Source: an uncultured Gemmatimonadales bacterium
GTDB taxonomy: Bacteria; Gemmatimonadota; Gemmatimonadetes; Gemmatimonadales; GWC2-71-9
Direction: 5' to 3'
Length of the DNA stretch: 64,000 nucleotides
Assembly: GCA_963795085.1 (NCBI GenBank)
Contig: CAWCFX010000003.1
Location: 32,001-96,000 of the forward strand
Under the pieces are notes generated by a model that was given only the letters and a program-made list of their open reading frames with translations, did not search any database and was not told the DNA's origin. How positions within the stretch are numbered: position 1 is the stretch's first letter; each line of letters begins with the position of its first letter. A program made the translations under genes and the position numbers. Below are positions 56,329 to 64,000 of this stretch, piece after piece.

Positions 56329-58289
56329 TCGGCCCACACCGCCACGGCGCGGCCCACCCGCACCGAATCCCCCGCGGCCGGCGAGGTTCGGACGACGCGG
56401 CCGCTGCCGCGGAGGACCACCTTGAACCCGCGGCGGTGCAGCGCGGCGACGGCCCGGCGCAGCGGCATCCCGCCGGTCGGAGGGACCTCGGCGAGGGCCC
56501 GGCCAGCGGAACTATCCGGCTGGTAGGGCCACGCGACGGCCACCACCGGAACGGACACGGAGGGCTCCGCCACCGACCGGGTCTGGGCAGGCACCGACTG
56601 GATACCCAGCCGGTTTCGGTCGATCGCGACCTGCCGGGACGCCAGGGCCTGCTGCAACATGAGCCGAGTGAGCGGTGCCGCGACCTGGCCGCCGTAGTAA
56701 TCCCCGGTGGGATTATCAATTTTCACGATGACCACGAGTTGGGGATCGGCGGCGGGAAAGAGCGCGGCGAACGATGCGGTGTATTCGCCTTTGACGTACC
56801 GGCCATTCTCGAAACGGACCGCCGTCCCGGTCTTGCCGATCAGGGTGTAGTTGGCCAGCTGGGCCCGTTCGCCGGTCCCGCCTTCTCCCACTGCCCCGCC
56901 CAGGTATTCGCGGAGCCGGCTGGCGATCTCGGGGCTGACCGACCGCCTCACCGGCTCCGGCCGGCGGCGGTAGATCACGTCCCCGCCCGGAGCCTGCACC
57001 TCGCGGACCAGGGTCGGCGACAGCAGAATCCCGTCGTTGGCGATGGCGCCATACGCGGCGGCCAGTTGCACCGGTGTGACCTGGAATTCGTAGCCCATGG
57101 CCACGCTGGCCCTGGTGAACGCCGGCTTCCACCGGTGGGGCAGTTGCAGCCGGCCCCGGGACTCCGAAGGAAACTCCACCCCGGTGGGACTGCCGAAGCC
57201 GAAATCCCGGAGCGCGGTGAATTGCTCCTCGGGGAGCAGCCGCTCCGAGAATTTCGCCATGGCGACGTTGCTGGAGACACTGATCGCCTGGGCCAGCGTC
57301 AGGCTGCCTTCGGAACGATGGGTGTCTTCGATCTTCCGCAGCCCGGTGCCGCCCACCGGCATCATCCAGAGGCCATGCTCCGCAAAGACCGCGTCGGATT
57401 CCTGCACCTTGCCGTAGTGGAGCAGCGCCGCGGCGGTAAAGAGCTTCGCGGTAGAACCGGGCTCGAACGGATCGGTGAACATCGTGGGCCGCGCGGTCAT
57501 GGCGCCGCCGGCGCCGACTTGCCGGCTGGCGAGGGCCAGGAGCTCCCCGTTCCGGGGATCGTAGAAGACCACGTCCCCGCCTTCCGCCCTCAGGCTCCGC
57601 ACCGCGTCTTCGAGGCCGCTCTCCGCGATCTCCTGTAGCTCGTGGTCAATCGTCAGAAACACGCTGTTGCCCGCCACCGGCTCACGGATGAGCCGCGAGG
57701 GCGACTCGTACCGGCGGCCCTGCAAGTCGCGAAGGACGACCCGCTCCCCGGGTCGGCCGACCAGCAGGGTGTCCAATGCCACCTCCAGCCCCGACGCGCC
57801 CGATGAACCATCCGGCGCGAGCCCGCCGATAATCGACCGGGCCAGGTCGAGCGCCGGATAGAACCGGTTGTACTCCGGCTCGAGATGCACCCCCCGAAGC
57901 GCACGGACACCTTCGACCTCCGGCGCCGTGAAGGGACCATGGTAATAGAGGTAGGGTTTCCCGCTCCGGAAATCGCGGGTGAGCCGGGCCGCCGGAATGC
58001 CGAGGCTCCGGGAAGCCCGGCGGATGACGTCGCCCCGGTCGCCCACTTCGTTGGGGGCGATCCCGACGTGATAGTACTCCTGGGTGATGGCGAGCGGGGA
58101 CCCGTTCCGGTCGAATATCGTCCCCCGCCGGGCCGGCATCGTTTCGTGGCGGGTACGGTGCTCCGCGGCGACCCTCGCCCAATGCCCGCCCTGGACGATC
58201 TGGAGATGCCCGGCCCGCACGATCACCGCGACCAGCGCCACCAGGAAGACCACCTCCACCGCGCGAATGCGGGCAACCGGCTTCGCCAT
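56325..58289 (-). CDS. ftsI: Division transpeptidase PBP3 with C-terminal PASTA-like domain
   Basis: RRGTIFDRNG, EPGSTAK (SxxK), SSN, GKTGT. Confidence 0.93.
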   Translation of the reverse strand: MAKPVARIRAVEVVFLVALVAVIVRAGHLQIVQGGHWARVAAEHRTRHETMPARRGTIFDRNGSPLAITQEYYHVGIAPNEVGDRGDVIRRASRSLGIPAARLTRDFRSGKPYLYYHGPFTAPEVEGVRALRGVHLEPEYNRFYPALDLARSIIGGLAPDGSSGASGLEVALDTLLVGRPGERVVLRDLQGRRYESPSRLIREPVAGNSVFLTIDHELQEIAESGLEDAVRSLRAEGGDVVFYDPRNGELLALASRQVGAGGAMTARPTMFTDPFEPGSTAKLFTAAALLHYGKVQESDAVFAEHGLWMMPVGGTGLRKIEDTHRSEGSLTLAQAISVSSNVAMAKFSERLLPEEQFTALRDFGFGSPTGVEFPSESRGRLQLPHRWKPAFTRASVAMGYEFQVTPVQLAAAYGAIANDGILLSPTLVREVQAPGGDVIYRRRPEPVRRSVSPEIASRLREYLGGAVGEGGTGERAQLANYTLIGKTGTAVRFENGRYVKGEYTASFAALFPAADPQLVVIVKIDNPTGDYYGGQVAAPLTRLMLQQALASRQVAIDRNRLGIQSVPAQTRSVAEPSVSVPVVAVAWPYQPDSSAGRALAEVPPTGGMPLRRAVAALHRRGFKVVLRGSGRVVRTSPAAGDSVRVGRAVAVWAE

Positions 58290-58582
58290 CAGCGGGGTCC
58301 TCCGGGCGAGGGGGGCCAGCCGAAGAGTACGATCTCCGAATCACTGGGCATCCGGAGCCCGGCCTGGCCGGCGCGGTCCAGCAGGACCTGGCGACTGGAC
58401 GCCGCCCGGATCCTGCGCTCCAGTTCGGCCCGCCGTCCCTCGAGCGAGGCGCGCTCTTCCCGGATCTGGGTCAACTCCCGGGCCAACCGGAACGCGGCCG
58501 TGTTCCGGGCGATGACCGCACCCGCCACGGCGAGGAAGAGGGCCAGCCAGAGCAACACCCAGTGGCGTCCCCTAATTTGCAT
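58289..58582 (-). CDS. ftsL: Cell division protein FtsL
   Basis: Small TM plus coiled coil between rsmH and ftsI. Confidence 0.75.
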   Translation of the reverse strand: MQIRGRHWVLLWLALFLAVAGAVIARNTAAFRLARELTQIREERASLEGRRAELERRIRAASSRQVLLDRAGQAGLRMPSDSEIVLFGWPPSPGGPR

Positions 58583-59486
58583 CGTTCACCTGGAAAAACC
58601 GCAGCCGCGCGCTGCGCGCCCGCGGGTTTGTCGCGGTCTCGGCGGCGGACGGTGTAATGGGTTTGCGCGGTTCCATCGAACCCAGTGGGCGCCCCCGACA
58701 GGTGCAGACCGGCTGCCGCGGAGGGCAGATGCACCGTCGAGCCCACTCCTGGAAGAGGTGTTTGACGATTCGATCTTCCCCTGAATGGTAACTGATTACC
58801 GCCAGCGTCCCAACCGGCAACAGCGCCTCCCGGAAGACGGGGAGCGCCGTGCGCAGCCCCGCCAACTCATCGTTCACGGCGATCCGCACGGCCTGGAACA
58901 GCCGGGCGAAGTCGGCGGGTCCGGACCCCGGTCCGAGCACGGCCCGGATGGCATTGACCAGGTCATCGCTGGTGGCGAAGGGGCGTTTGGCCCGCCGCCG
59001 GGTCACCTCCCGGGCGAGCCGGCGGGCCCGGCGCTCGTCGCCATAGTCGGCGAAGATTATGCTCAGGGTCCCCTCGTCCAGGGTATTGAGCAGGTCCGCC
59101 GCGGTGCCGCCGGCCCCCATCCGCATGTCGAGGGGCGCCCCGGGCCGGAAGGTGAACCCCCGGTCCATTTCATCCAGCTGGCGGGACGACACCCCCAGAT
59201 CCAGCAGGGCGAAGTCGGGCCGGAAGGCACGCACCGCGTCCAGCACCCGGTCCTCGCTGAAGCTTCCCTCGAGGTAGGTCACGTCCCGGCCGACCAGTCG
59301 CTGCCGGGCCCGATCGAGGGCTGCGGAATCCCGGTCGATCCCGAGGACACGGGCTCCCTGACGGGTGAACAGGTCAGTGTGTCCCCCGTCGCCGAGCGTA
59401 GCATCCACTACCCGGCGGGACGCGGCGGCCCGTCGGCCGATCTCCTCCTCGAGCACGGGAATGTGGTGATGGGGGCCAGGACTCAT
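58572..59486 (-). CDS. rsmH: 16S rRNA m4C1402 methyltransferase
   Basis: HIPVL, DATLGDGGH, DLGVSS, FQAVRIAVN, SYHSGED, NPRARSA. Confidence 0.97.
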   Translation of the reverse strand: MSPGPHHHIPVLEEEIGRRAAASRRVVDATLGDGGHTDLFTRQGARVLGIDRDSAALDRARQRLVGRDVTYLEGSFSEDRVLDAVRAFRPDFALLDLGVSSRQLDEMDRGFTFRPGAPLDMRMGAGGTAADLLNTLDEGTLSIIFADYGDERRARRLAREVTRRRAKRPFATSDDLVNAIRAVLGPGSGPADFARLFQAVRIAVNDELAGLRTALPVFREALLPVGTLAVISYHSGEDRIVKHLFQEWARRCICPPRQPVCTCRGRPLGSMEPRKPITPSAAETATNPRARSARLRFFQVNDAN

Positions 59487-59532
59487 CGCTCTCCAGGCCG
59501 GCGAGTGTGCCGGGCGGCCGGCGGGAGAAGAA

Positions 59533-59564
59533 GAAACCCCACCGGCCGAAGCCAGTGGGGTTTC
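59533..59564 (-). terminator. Intrinsic terminator downstream of tRNA-Asp
   Basis: GAAACCCCACTGGC-TTCG-GCCGGTGGGGTTTC followed by TTCTTCT. Confidence 0.7.
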
Positions 59565-59570
59565 GAGAAA

Positions 59571-59645
59571 CGGGGCTGACGGGGCTCGAACCCGCGACCT
59601 CCGCAGTGACAGTGCGGCACTCTAACCAAGCTGAGCTACAGCCCC
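59571..59645 (-). tRNA. tRNA-Asp(GTC), CCA not encoded
   Basis: GGGGCTG/CAGCCCC acceptor stem, CCGCA-CTGTCAC-TGCGG anticodon arm, GTTCGAG T-loop. Confidence 0.96.
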
Positions 59646-59660
59646 TGAAAGAGAGCGCGC

Positions 59661-59689
59661 AATATAGATCGCGGACGCCGAGGGTGGAA
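59661..59689 (-). promoter_or_regulatory. Putative sigma70 promoter of tRNA-Asp with GC-rich discriminator
   Basis: TTCCAC-N17-TATATT-GCGCGC. Confidence 0.55.
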
Positions 59690-59752
59690 GGGCCAGCCCG
59701 CTCCCAGTCCGTTCCTCCGATTCTCTCATTTCACCAGCTCCTTCATTCCCGC

Positions 59753-61477
59753 TTACCGGCAATACGCCCTGATCATGGAAGCGGTCCGGGGCTTCAGACT
59801 GTTCAGATACCCCAGGTACTGATCCACCTGCGCCGCGTTGACGCTCCGGCCGGCGTTGAGTGCCCCGATGGACTCCTGCACCAGAGTATCCTCCTGTCGG
59901 GCCATGTCGCAGGACTTCTGCCGCTCCACCTCCGGATCCAGCTTGGAAACCTGGATGACCGTAGCCAGGCCCAGGGAGTAACTGGCGTTGGGCCAGGCCC
60001 GGGTGCTGGTGGTGCTGTCCACCATGGCGCGGGCCTGGCGAGACAGCTCGGCCGCCCGCACCAGATCCTGGGGCTCCTGAAGCAGCTTGAACGCGGCGTT
60101 GACGATGACGATGGCGACATTTTCCCTGTCATCGGCGGTGCCCCGCACCTTGACTACCTCGATGAGGGGGGCCGCGTTGGCCAGCCGGTCCTGTTTGACC
60201 AGTTCATTAATCACCAACAGTGCCGGCGCCACGGTGGTGGTGTCGATGGCCAGCAGCCGGTTCGCCACCGAGACCATGCTGTCGGCCTCTCCGCGGAGGG
60301 CATAGGCGCCCAGCAACTGGCTCACCAGGGTGCTGTTGGTCGGGTTCTTGTTGACGCCGGCCTGGGCCCACTGGATCAGCCGGGCAGTGTCCGGGCTCTC
60401 CGGGGGCTGCGACGCCACCGCGGCGATCTTCATGTAGAAGTTGCTGTCCGCCTTGGTCGAATCAATCGCGTAGAGGCTCTCCAGCGCATCGACTGCGCAC
60501 TTGTAGTTGTTCTCAAAGATGCAGACATTGCTCATCAGGTCGTACAACTCGGGGTTGTACTCGTCCAGGGCAAGCGCGTCCTCGGCCACCTTGCGGGCCA
60601 GGTCCAGCCGTCCCGCCGCGAGCAGGAACTGCAGCGCTTCTTTCCGAAGCTGGTCGTTGGTCGGCGCCGCCACCAGCATCTGCATGTAGGTCGTGGCCAG
60701 GCTGTTGGTGTCGCCGCGGGACTGGTACTCCTTGGCCAGCATCACCAGGGAGGGCAGGCTTTGGGGATCGCCTTCAATCGACCTGTTCAGCATGGCGATG
60801 ATCGAATCAGACGGCGCGGTCCGGTCACTGGCCAGCTGGGCCAGGCAGAGATGGGCCAGGCCATTCTTGGGGTTGGTCTGCAGCGCGCGGCGGGCCGAGG
60901 TCTCGGCCTTCTTGGCATCGGTGGTCCGCTGGTCGATGCAGGCTTTCGCGTCCTTGGCCGCCTTGACGACCGGCTGCAACTGGTCGGCGATGGCGTTGCC
61001 GAAAGCGTCCAGCGCCTGGCCCTCGCTGCGGGTCGCGACGACGACGGTGCCCGCGTCATCGTTCAATCCCACCAGCCGTGCCGTCACAGTCACCCGTCCC
61101 GACTGGGACTGCGCCAACTGAGTGCTGATCAGCATGCGCGCGTTCACGGCGGACGCAAACTGGCGCTGAACCGCCGGCTGCAGAATGGCGTCCTTCGGAT
61201 ATCCATACTCGATCAGAGCGGTGTTCATCTGGTCGCGGCTTACGACCTGGTAGGTGCCGTTCGCGACTCGTTCCATCCGGGAGCGAAGCGCGGAGGCGAC
61301 CTGGACCGACGTCAGCGAATCCTCGCTTCGCCGGACGTACGGATTGGAAACCATCAGCTTCGGCAGCGGGGCAGCGGGCTGGCTGCCGATCCGGCTGTTT
61401 GTCGGAATCTGCGCCGTCAGCGGTGTGCCGACCAACCCCGCAAGAATCCCCAGGGCCAACACGGAAAACGAACGCAT
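59753..61477 (-). CDS. Secreted TPR-repeat protein
   Basis: Signal peptide MRSFSVLALGILAGL; helical repeats such as ARRALQTNP, AEDALALD. Confidence 0.7.
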   Translation of the reverse strand: MRSFSVLALGILAGLVGTPLTAQIPTNSRIGSQPAAPLPKLMVSNPYVRRSEDSLTSVQVASALRSRMERVANGTYQVVSRDQMNTALIEYGYPKDAILQPAVQRQFASAVNARMLISTQLAQSQSGRVTVTARLVGLNDDAGTVVVATRSEGQALDAFGNAIADQLQPVVKAAKDAKACIDQRTTDAKKAETSARRALQTNPKNGLAHLCLAQLASDRTAPSDSIIAMLNRSIEGDPQSLPSLVMLAKEYQSRGDTNSLATTYMQMLVAAPTNDQLRKEALQFLLAAGRLDLARKVAEDALALDEYNPELYDLMSNVCIFENNYKCAVDALESLYAIDSTKADSNFYMKIAAVASQPPESPDTARLIQWAQAGVNKNPTNSTLVSQLLGAYALRGEADSMVSVANRLLAIDTTTVAPALLVINELVKQDRLANAAPLIEVVKVRGTADDRENVAIVIVNAAFKLLQEPQDLVRAAELSRQARAMVDSTTSTRAWPNASYSLGLATVIQVSKLDPEVERQKSCDMARQEDTLVQESIGALNAGRSVNAAQVDQYLGYLNSLKPRTASMIRAYCR

Positions 61478-61539
61478 TCCAGACCTCCGAATCGAAAATG
61501 TCTCTAGCCAACCCGCTTCCGGACCGGCGACAGGACCAA

Positions 61540-61614
61540 TGGGCGAAGAGGGATTCGAACCCCCGACATCCTGCGTGTAAGGCAGGCGCTCTGAACCAGC
61601 TGAGCTATTCGCCC
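61540..61614 (-). tRNA. tRNA-Val(TAC), CCA not encoded
   Basis: GGGCGAA/TTCGCCC acceptor stem, CCTGC-CTTACAC-GCAGG anticodon arm, GTTCGAA T-loop. Confidence 0.96.
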
Positions 61615-61622
61615 GTTGCTGG

Positions 61623-61815
61623 TTACAGGGCGATGCCCAACGGAAAGAGGACACAGTACCCCAGTACCAGCAGGGTAGCCGCAACCGTCGTGCCGCCGTC
61701 CTGCAGCAGCATATACCCTAACCCCAGCGAAAGGACCGCCGAGGCCAGGAGCAGATAGTTCTTCCGCCCCAGGAAGGGGGGGGGAGGGTGTTTGGGCCGG
61801 CGCTCGAGTAGCCAT
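61623..61815 (-). pseudogene. Small two-TM protein (DUF3098-like), frameshifted in a C9 tract
   Basis: FLGRKNYLLLASAVLSLGLGYMLL...LLVLGYCVLFPLGIAL* is one base out of frame with ATG 61815. Confidence 0.7.
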
Positions 61816-61823
61816 AGACCTAG

Positions 61824-61853
61824 ACGTTAACGGGTTAAACTGGCCTCAGTCAA
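61824..61853 (-). promoter_or_regulatory. Putative sigma70 promoter for DUF3098-like gene/tRNA-Val
   Basis: TTGACT-N18-TAACGT, 8 nt before ATG. Confidence 0.55.
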
Positions 61854-61875
61854 GGCGCTGCGACACACCGTCCCC

Positions 61876-62778
61876 TCATTGGGACAGGGGGCTCTCGCCC
61901 GGGTCAACGGGGTCATCGGGCGGGAGTTCCCACCCGTGGTTGAGGGCCAGCCGCCGGGGCCGGTCGGCCCGGCGGCGGACCCACCACGCCACCCCCACCA
62001 GCAAGCTTATCACCAGCCAGAACCCGCCCGCGCTGAGCCAGATCACGAAATTGTACTTTCGCTTGATGGTCCGCTGCCAGTCGGCCTCGAAAACAGTAAG
62101 CGGGAGCCCGGTCGATCCGAGGACGGCGGTTTCAAAGCTCTCTCCCCTGGAAAGTCGGCCCAGGAGATCATCCAGTGACTGGCCCGGATTGCGCCGCGCC
62201 AGTTCCAGGACGGCCGACATGGCCAGCGTGTAGGCCTTCTCCGCCGCGTTGGCGTTGGCCCGCAGGCTGCCGTCGAGGTCCCGGAAGCCGGGGAAGTCTC
62301 GCCTTAACACGATCCAGCTCAGCCGGAAGGCGTCCATCCGGTCCCATTCGCCGGAGGCAACGGCCGCGTAGCCTTCGTCGAACCATAGGGGGAGCCGCAC
62401 CCGCACCGCATCGTGCAGCACCAGGTGGGCCAGTTCATGTCGCAAGGTTTGTCGGGGATCCCCGCCGTCGGCGCGGATAATGACCGTCCGGCTGGAGGGG
62501 AACGCGAGGCCGGCGCCCCAGGATGGAGCGCGGTTGCCGGACATCCGGCGCATCGCGGCCGCATCCGGGACCACGACCAGCCGGATCCGGCCGGCGCTTC
62601 GGCGGCCCAGCCCCATCCATTCAGCGGGACGGTCGGCCGCCTCGGCCAGCGCCAGCGCCAGCCGGGATTCCGATGGCCACGCCACCACGCTGACGTCGCC
62701 GACGTGGATGATCGAGGCCAGCGTGTCCTGGGCCGGCAGCGCCGCGGGACCGGCGAGGGCGAGCAGGAGCGCGATCAG
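61876..62778 (-). CDS. Peptidase MA-like (gluzincin) protein, membrane anchored
   Basis: HELAH plus PLWFDEG; C-terminal TM; signal peptide only if started at CTG 62778. Confidence 0.78.
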   Translation of the reverse strand: MIALLLALAGPAALPAQDTLASIIHVGDVSVVAWPSESRLALALAEAADRPAEWMGLGRRSAGRIRLVVVPDAAAMRRMSGNRAPSWGAGLAFPSSRTVIIRADGGDPRQTLRHELAHLVLHDAVRVRLPLWFDEGYAAVASGEWDRMDAFRLSWIVLRRDFPGFRDLDGSLRANANAAEKAYTLAMSAVLELARRNPGQSLDDLLGRLSRGESFETAVLGSTGLPLTVFEADWQRTIKRKYNFVIWLSAGGFWLVISLLVGVAWWVRRRADRPRRLALNHGWELPPDDPVDPGESPLSQ

Positions 62779-63650
62779 GCCGGGGCGGCGGGCCGCGGCG
62801 GCTCTCCTCCGGCCGCGGTGGTGTCCAGCATTTCCTTGCAGCGTTTGCCCCAGGGGTTGAAGCGATTGGCTTTATAGCCGTCGTTCCATAGTTGCGCCGC
62901 CTGGTCCTGCTCGCCGGCGAACCAGTGGGCACGGCCCAGTTCGTAGTAGGCTTCGATCAGGTTGGGTCCCAGGTGGAGGGTCTTGCGGAAGAACACCTGC
63001 GCGTCCTCGAACATCTCCCTTTCCAGGTACACCAGCCCGAGGTAGAAATGGGCGTAGAGCGTGGCCTTGCGGTCGTTGTCCAGCCGAATGGCCTTTGACA
63101 GGTGCTCGATGGCTTCGCCGAAGATCCGCTTCTTGAGACAGATGTATCCCACGTTGATACGGGCGAGCGAGTTCGCCGGTTCCCGCATCAGGACCTTGCT
63201 GAACGTCGCGAGGGCCTCGTCATAATCTTCGTGCAGCATCTGGGCCCACCCCAGCAGCGACTGCGCCTGGACATCGCCCGGCGAGAGCGCCAGGGCCTTG
63301 CCCAGGGCCTGGATGGCTCCGGCGTGGTCGCCGAGGGAAATGAGACTCCACCCTTTTTCGATGTATGTCGAGGCACCCAGGTGATCCTGGTGGATGGCCG
63401 GGCGGGCCCCGGTAAACTGGGGCGCCTGGGCGGTGTCCGCATCCAGAGCGATCTGCTTGTAACGTTCGACCAGGGCGCGAATATCCTCCTTCAACCTGGT
63501 CAGGTCGGCCAGCGCGGCATCCACTTCCTTGAAGTAGGCGATGATCTCGCGCTTCAATGCCTCCCGGTCCACCGTGGTCGTCGCCCGGTCGATCCGGTCG
63601 GAGAGTTCCTGGTAGCGGGCCTTGAGGCCGTTGACCGACAGATCGCTCAT
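62775..63650 (-). CDS. TPR-repeat protein with N-terminal coiled coil
   Basis: Several canonical TPRs (ALALSP, HFYLGLVY, AYYELG). Confidence 0.85.
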   Translation of the reverse strand: MSDLSVNGLKARYQELSDRIDRATTTVDREALKREIIAYFKEVDAALADLTRLKEDIRALVERYKQIALDADTAQAPQFTGARPAIHQDHLGASTYIEKGWSLISLGDHAGAIQALGKALALSPGDVQAQSLLGWAQMLHEDYDEALATFSKVLMREPANSLARINVGYICLKKRIFGEAIEHLSKAIRLDNDRKATLYAHFYLGLVYLEREMFEDAQVFFRKTLHLGPNLIEAYYELGRAHWFAGEQDQAAQLWNDGYKANRFNPWGKRCKEMLDTTAAGGEPPRPAAPA

Positions 63651-64000
63651 GAAGTCCCGCTCCCGGAGGTTTTCTTCCCCCGGCTCGCCGGAGGGGCCAC
63701 GTCGGCGAGGGCAATCCGTTCGCTGGCGTTGAGCAGCCGCGCGGCCTGCAGCATGACAATGGTCCGGTTGGGGCGAGAGATAATGCCCGCGATATAATCC
63801 GCGGCCAGCCCCCTCACCATGGGCGGGGGGGTGGCGATGGTGGTGCTGTCCACCCGGGTCACCTCCAGCACCTGATCAACCAGCACACCGACTTTCCCCT
63901 CGTCCAGCCGGAGCACCATGATCCGCACATCCTCGGACAGATCGGCCTGGACCTGCAGCCGCTTGCGAAGGTCGACGACCGGGACCACGGCGTTGCCGTA
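63647..64000 (-). CDS. cheW: CheW-family chemosensory adaptor (5' part outside window)
   Basis: VVPVVDLRKRL, VGVLVDQVLEV, YIAGII. Confidence 0.88.
   Translation of the reverse strand, partial: YGNAVVPVVDLRKRLQVQADLSEDVRIMVLRLDEGKVGVLVDQVLEVTRVDSTTIATPPPMVRGLAADYIAGIISRPNRTIVMLQAARLLNASERIALADVAPPASRGKKTSGSGTS

Noticed and set aside
59571..61614. tRNA-integrated island or prophage
   Set aside because: No integrase, att duplication or phage genes
61504..61815. 103-aa ORF from ATG 61815
   Set aside because: Runs through tRNA-Val; it is the out-of-frame product of the frameshifted small gene

Overview
High-GC bacterial chromosomal window. Gene content and synteny suggest Gemmatimonadota (inference, not a database result). 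It is mostly core housekeeping DNA on the minus strand: the tail of a chemosensory locus (cheW, TPR, gluzincin), tRNA-Val and tRNA-Asp, the dcw cluster (rsmH-ftsL-ftsI-murE-murF-mraY-murD-ftsW-[DUF305 + LVIVD insertion]-murG-murC-ftsQ-ftsA-ftsZ-M23 peptidase-hisA), serS-histidine kinase-uvrD-gatCAB, the rimP-nusA-L7Ae-infB-DUF503-rbfA-truB-ribF operon, secD-secF-tatD-fhs-ridA, and a small accessory cluster (DUF1761, DUF4287/DUF5655, secreted WD40, AraC). No transposase, phage, CRISPR or rRNA was seen. The least explained signals are: (1) a His/Cys-rich LVIVD lipoprotein plus a DUF305 lipoprotein inserted between ftsW and murG with their own promoter; (2) several 7/8/9-bp intergenic tandem repeats at gene boundaries, including a 15-copy G-quadruplex-type array; (3) a small DUF3098-like gene frameshifted in a C9 tract; (4) MurA with Asp at the fosfomycin-target Cys; (5) probable CTG starts in CTGA stop/start overlaps. 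Family names come from motif recognition by eye and need HMM confirmation.
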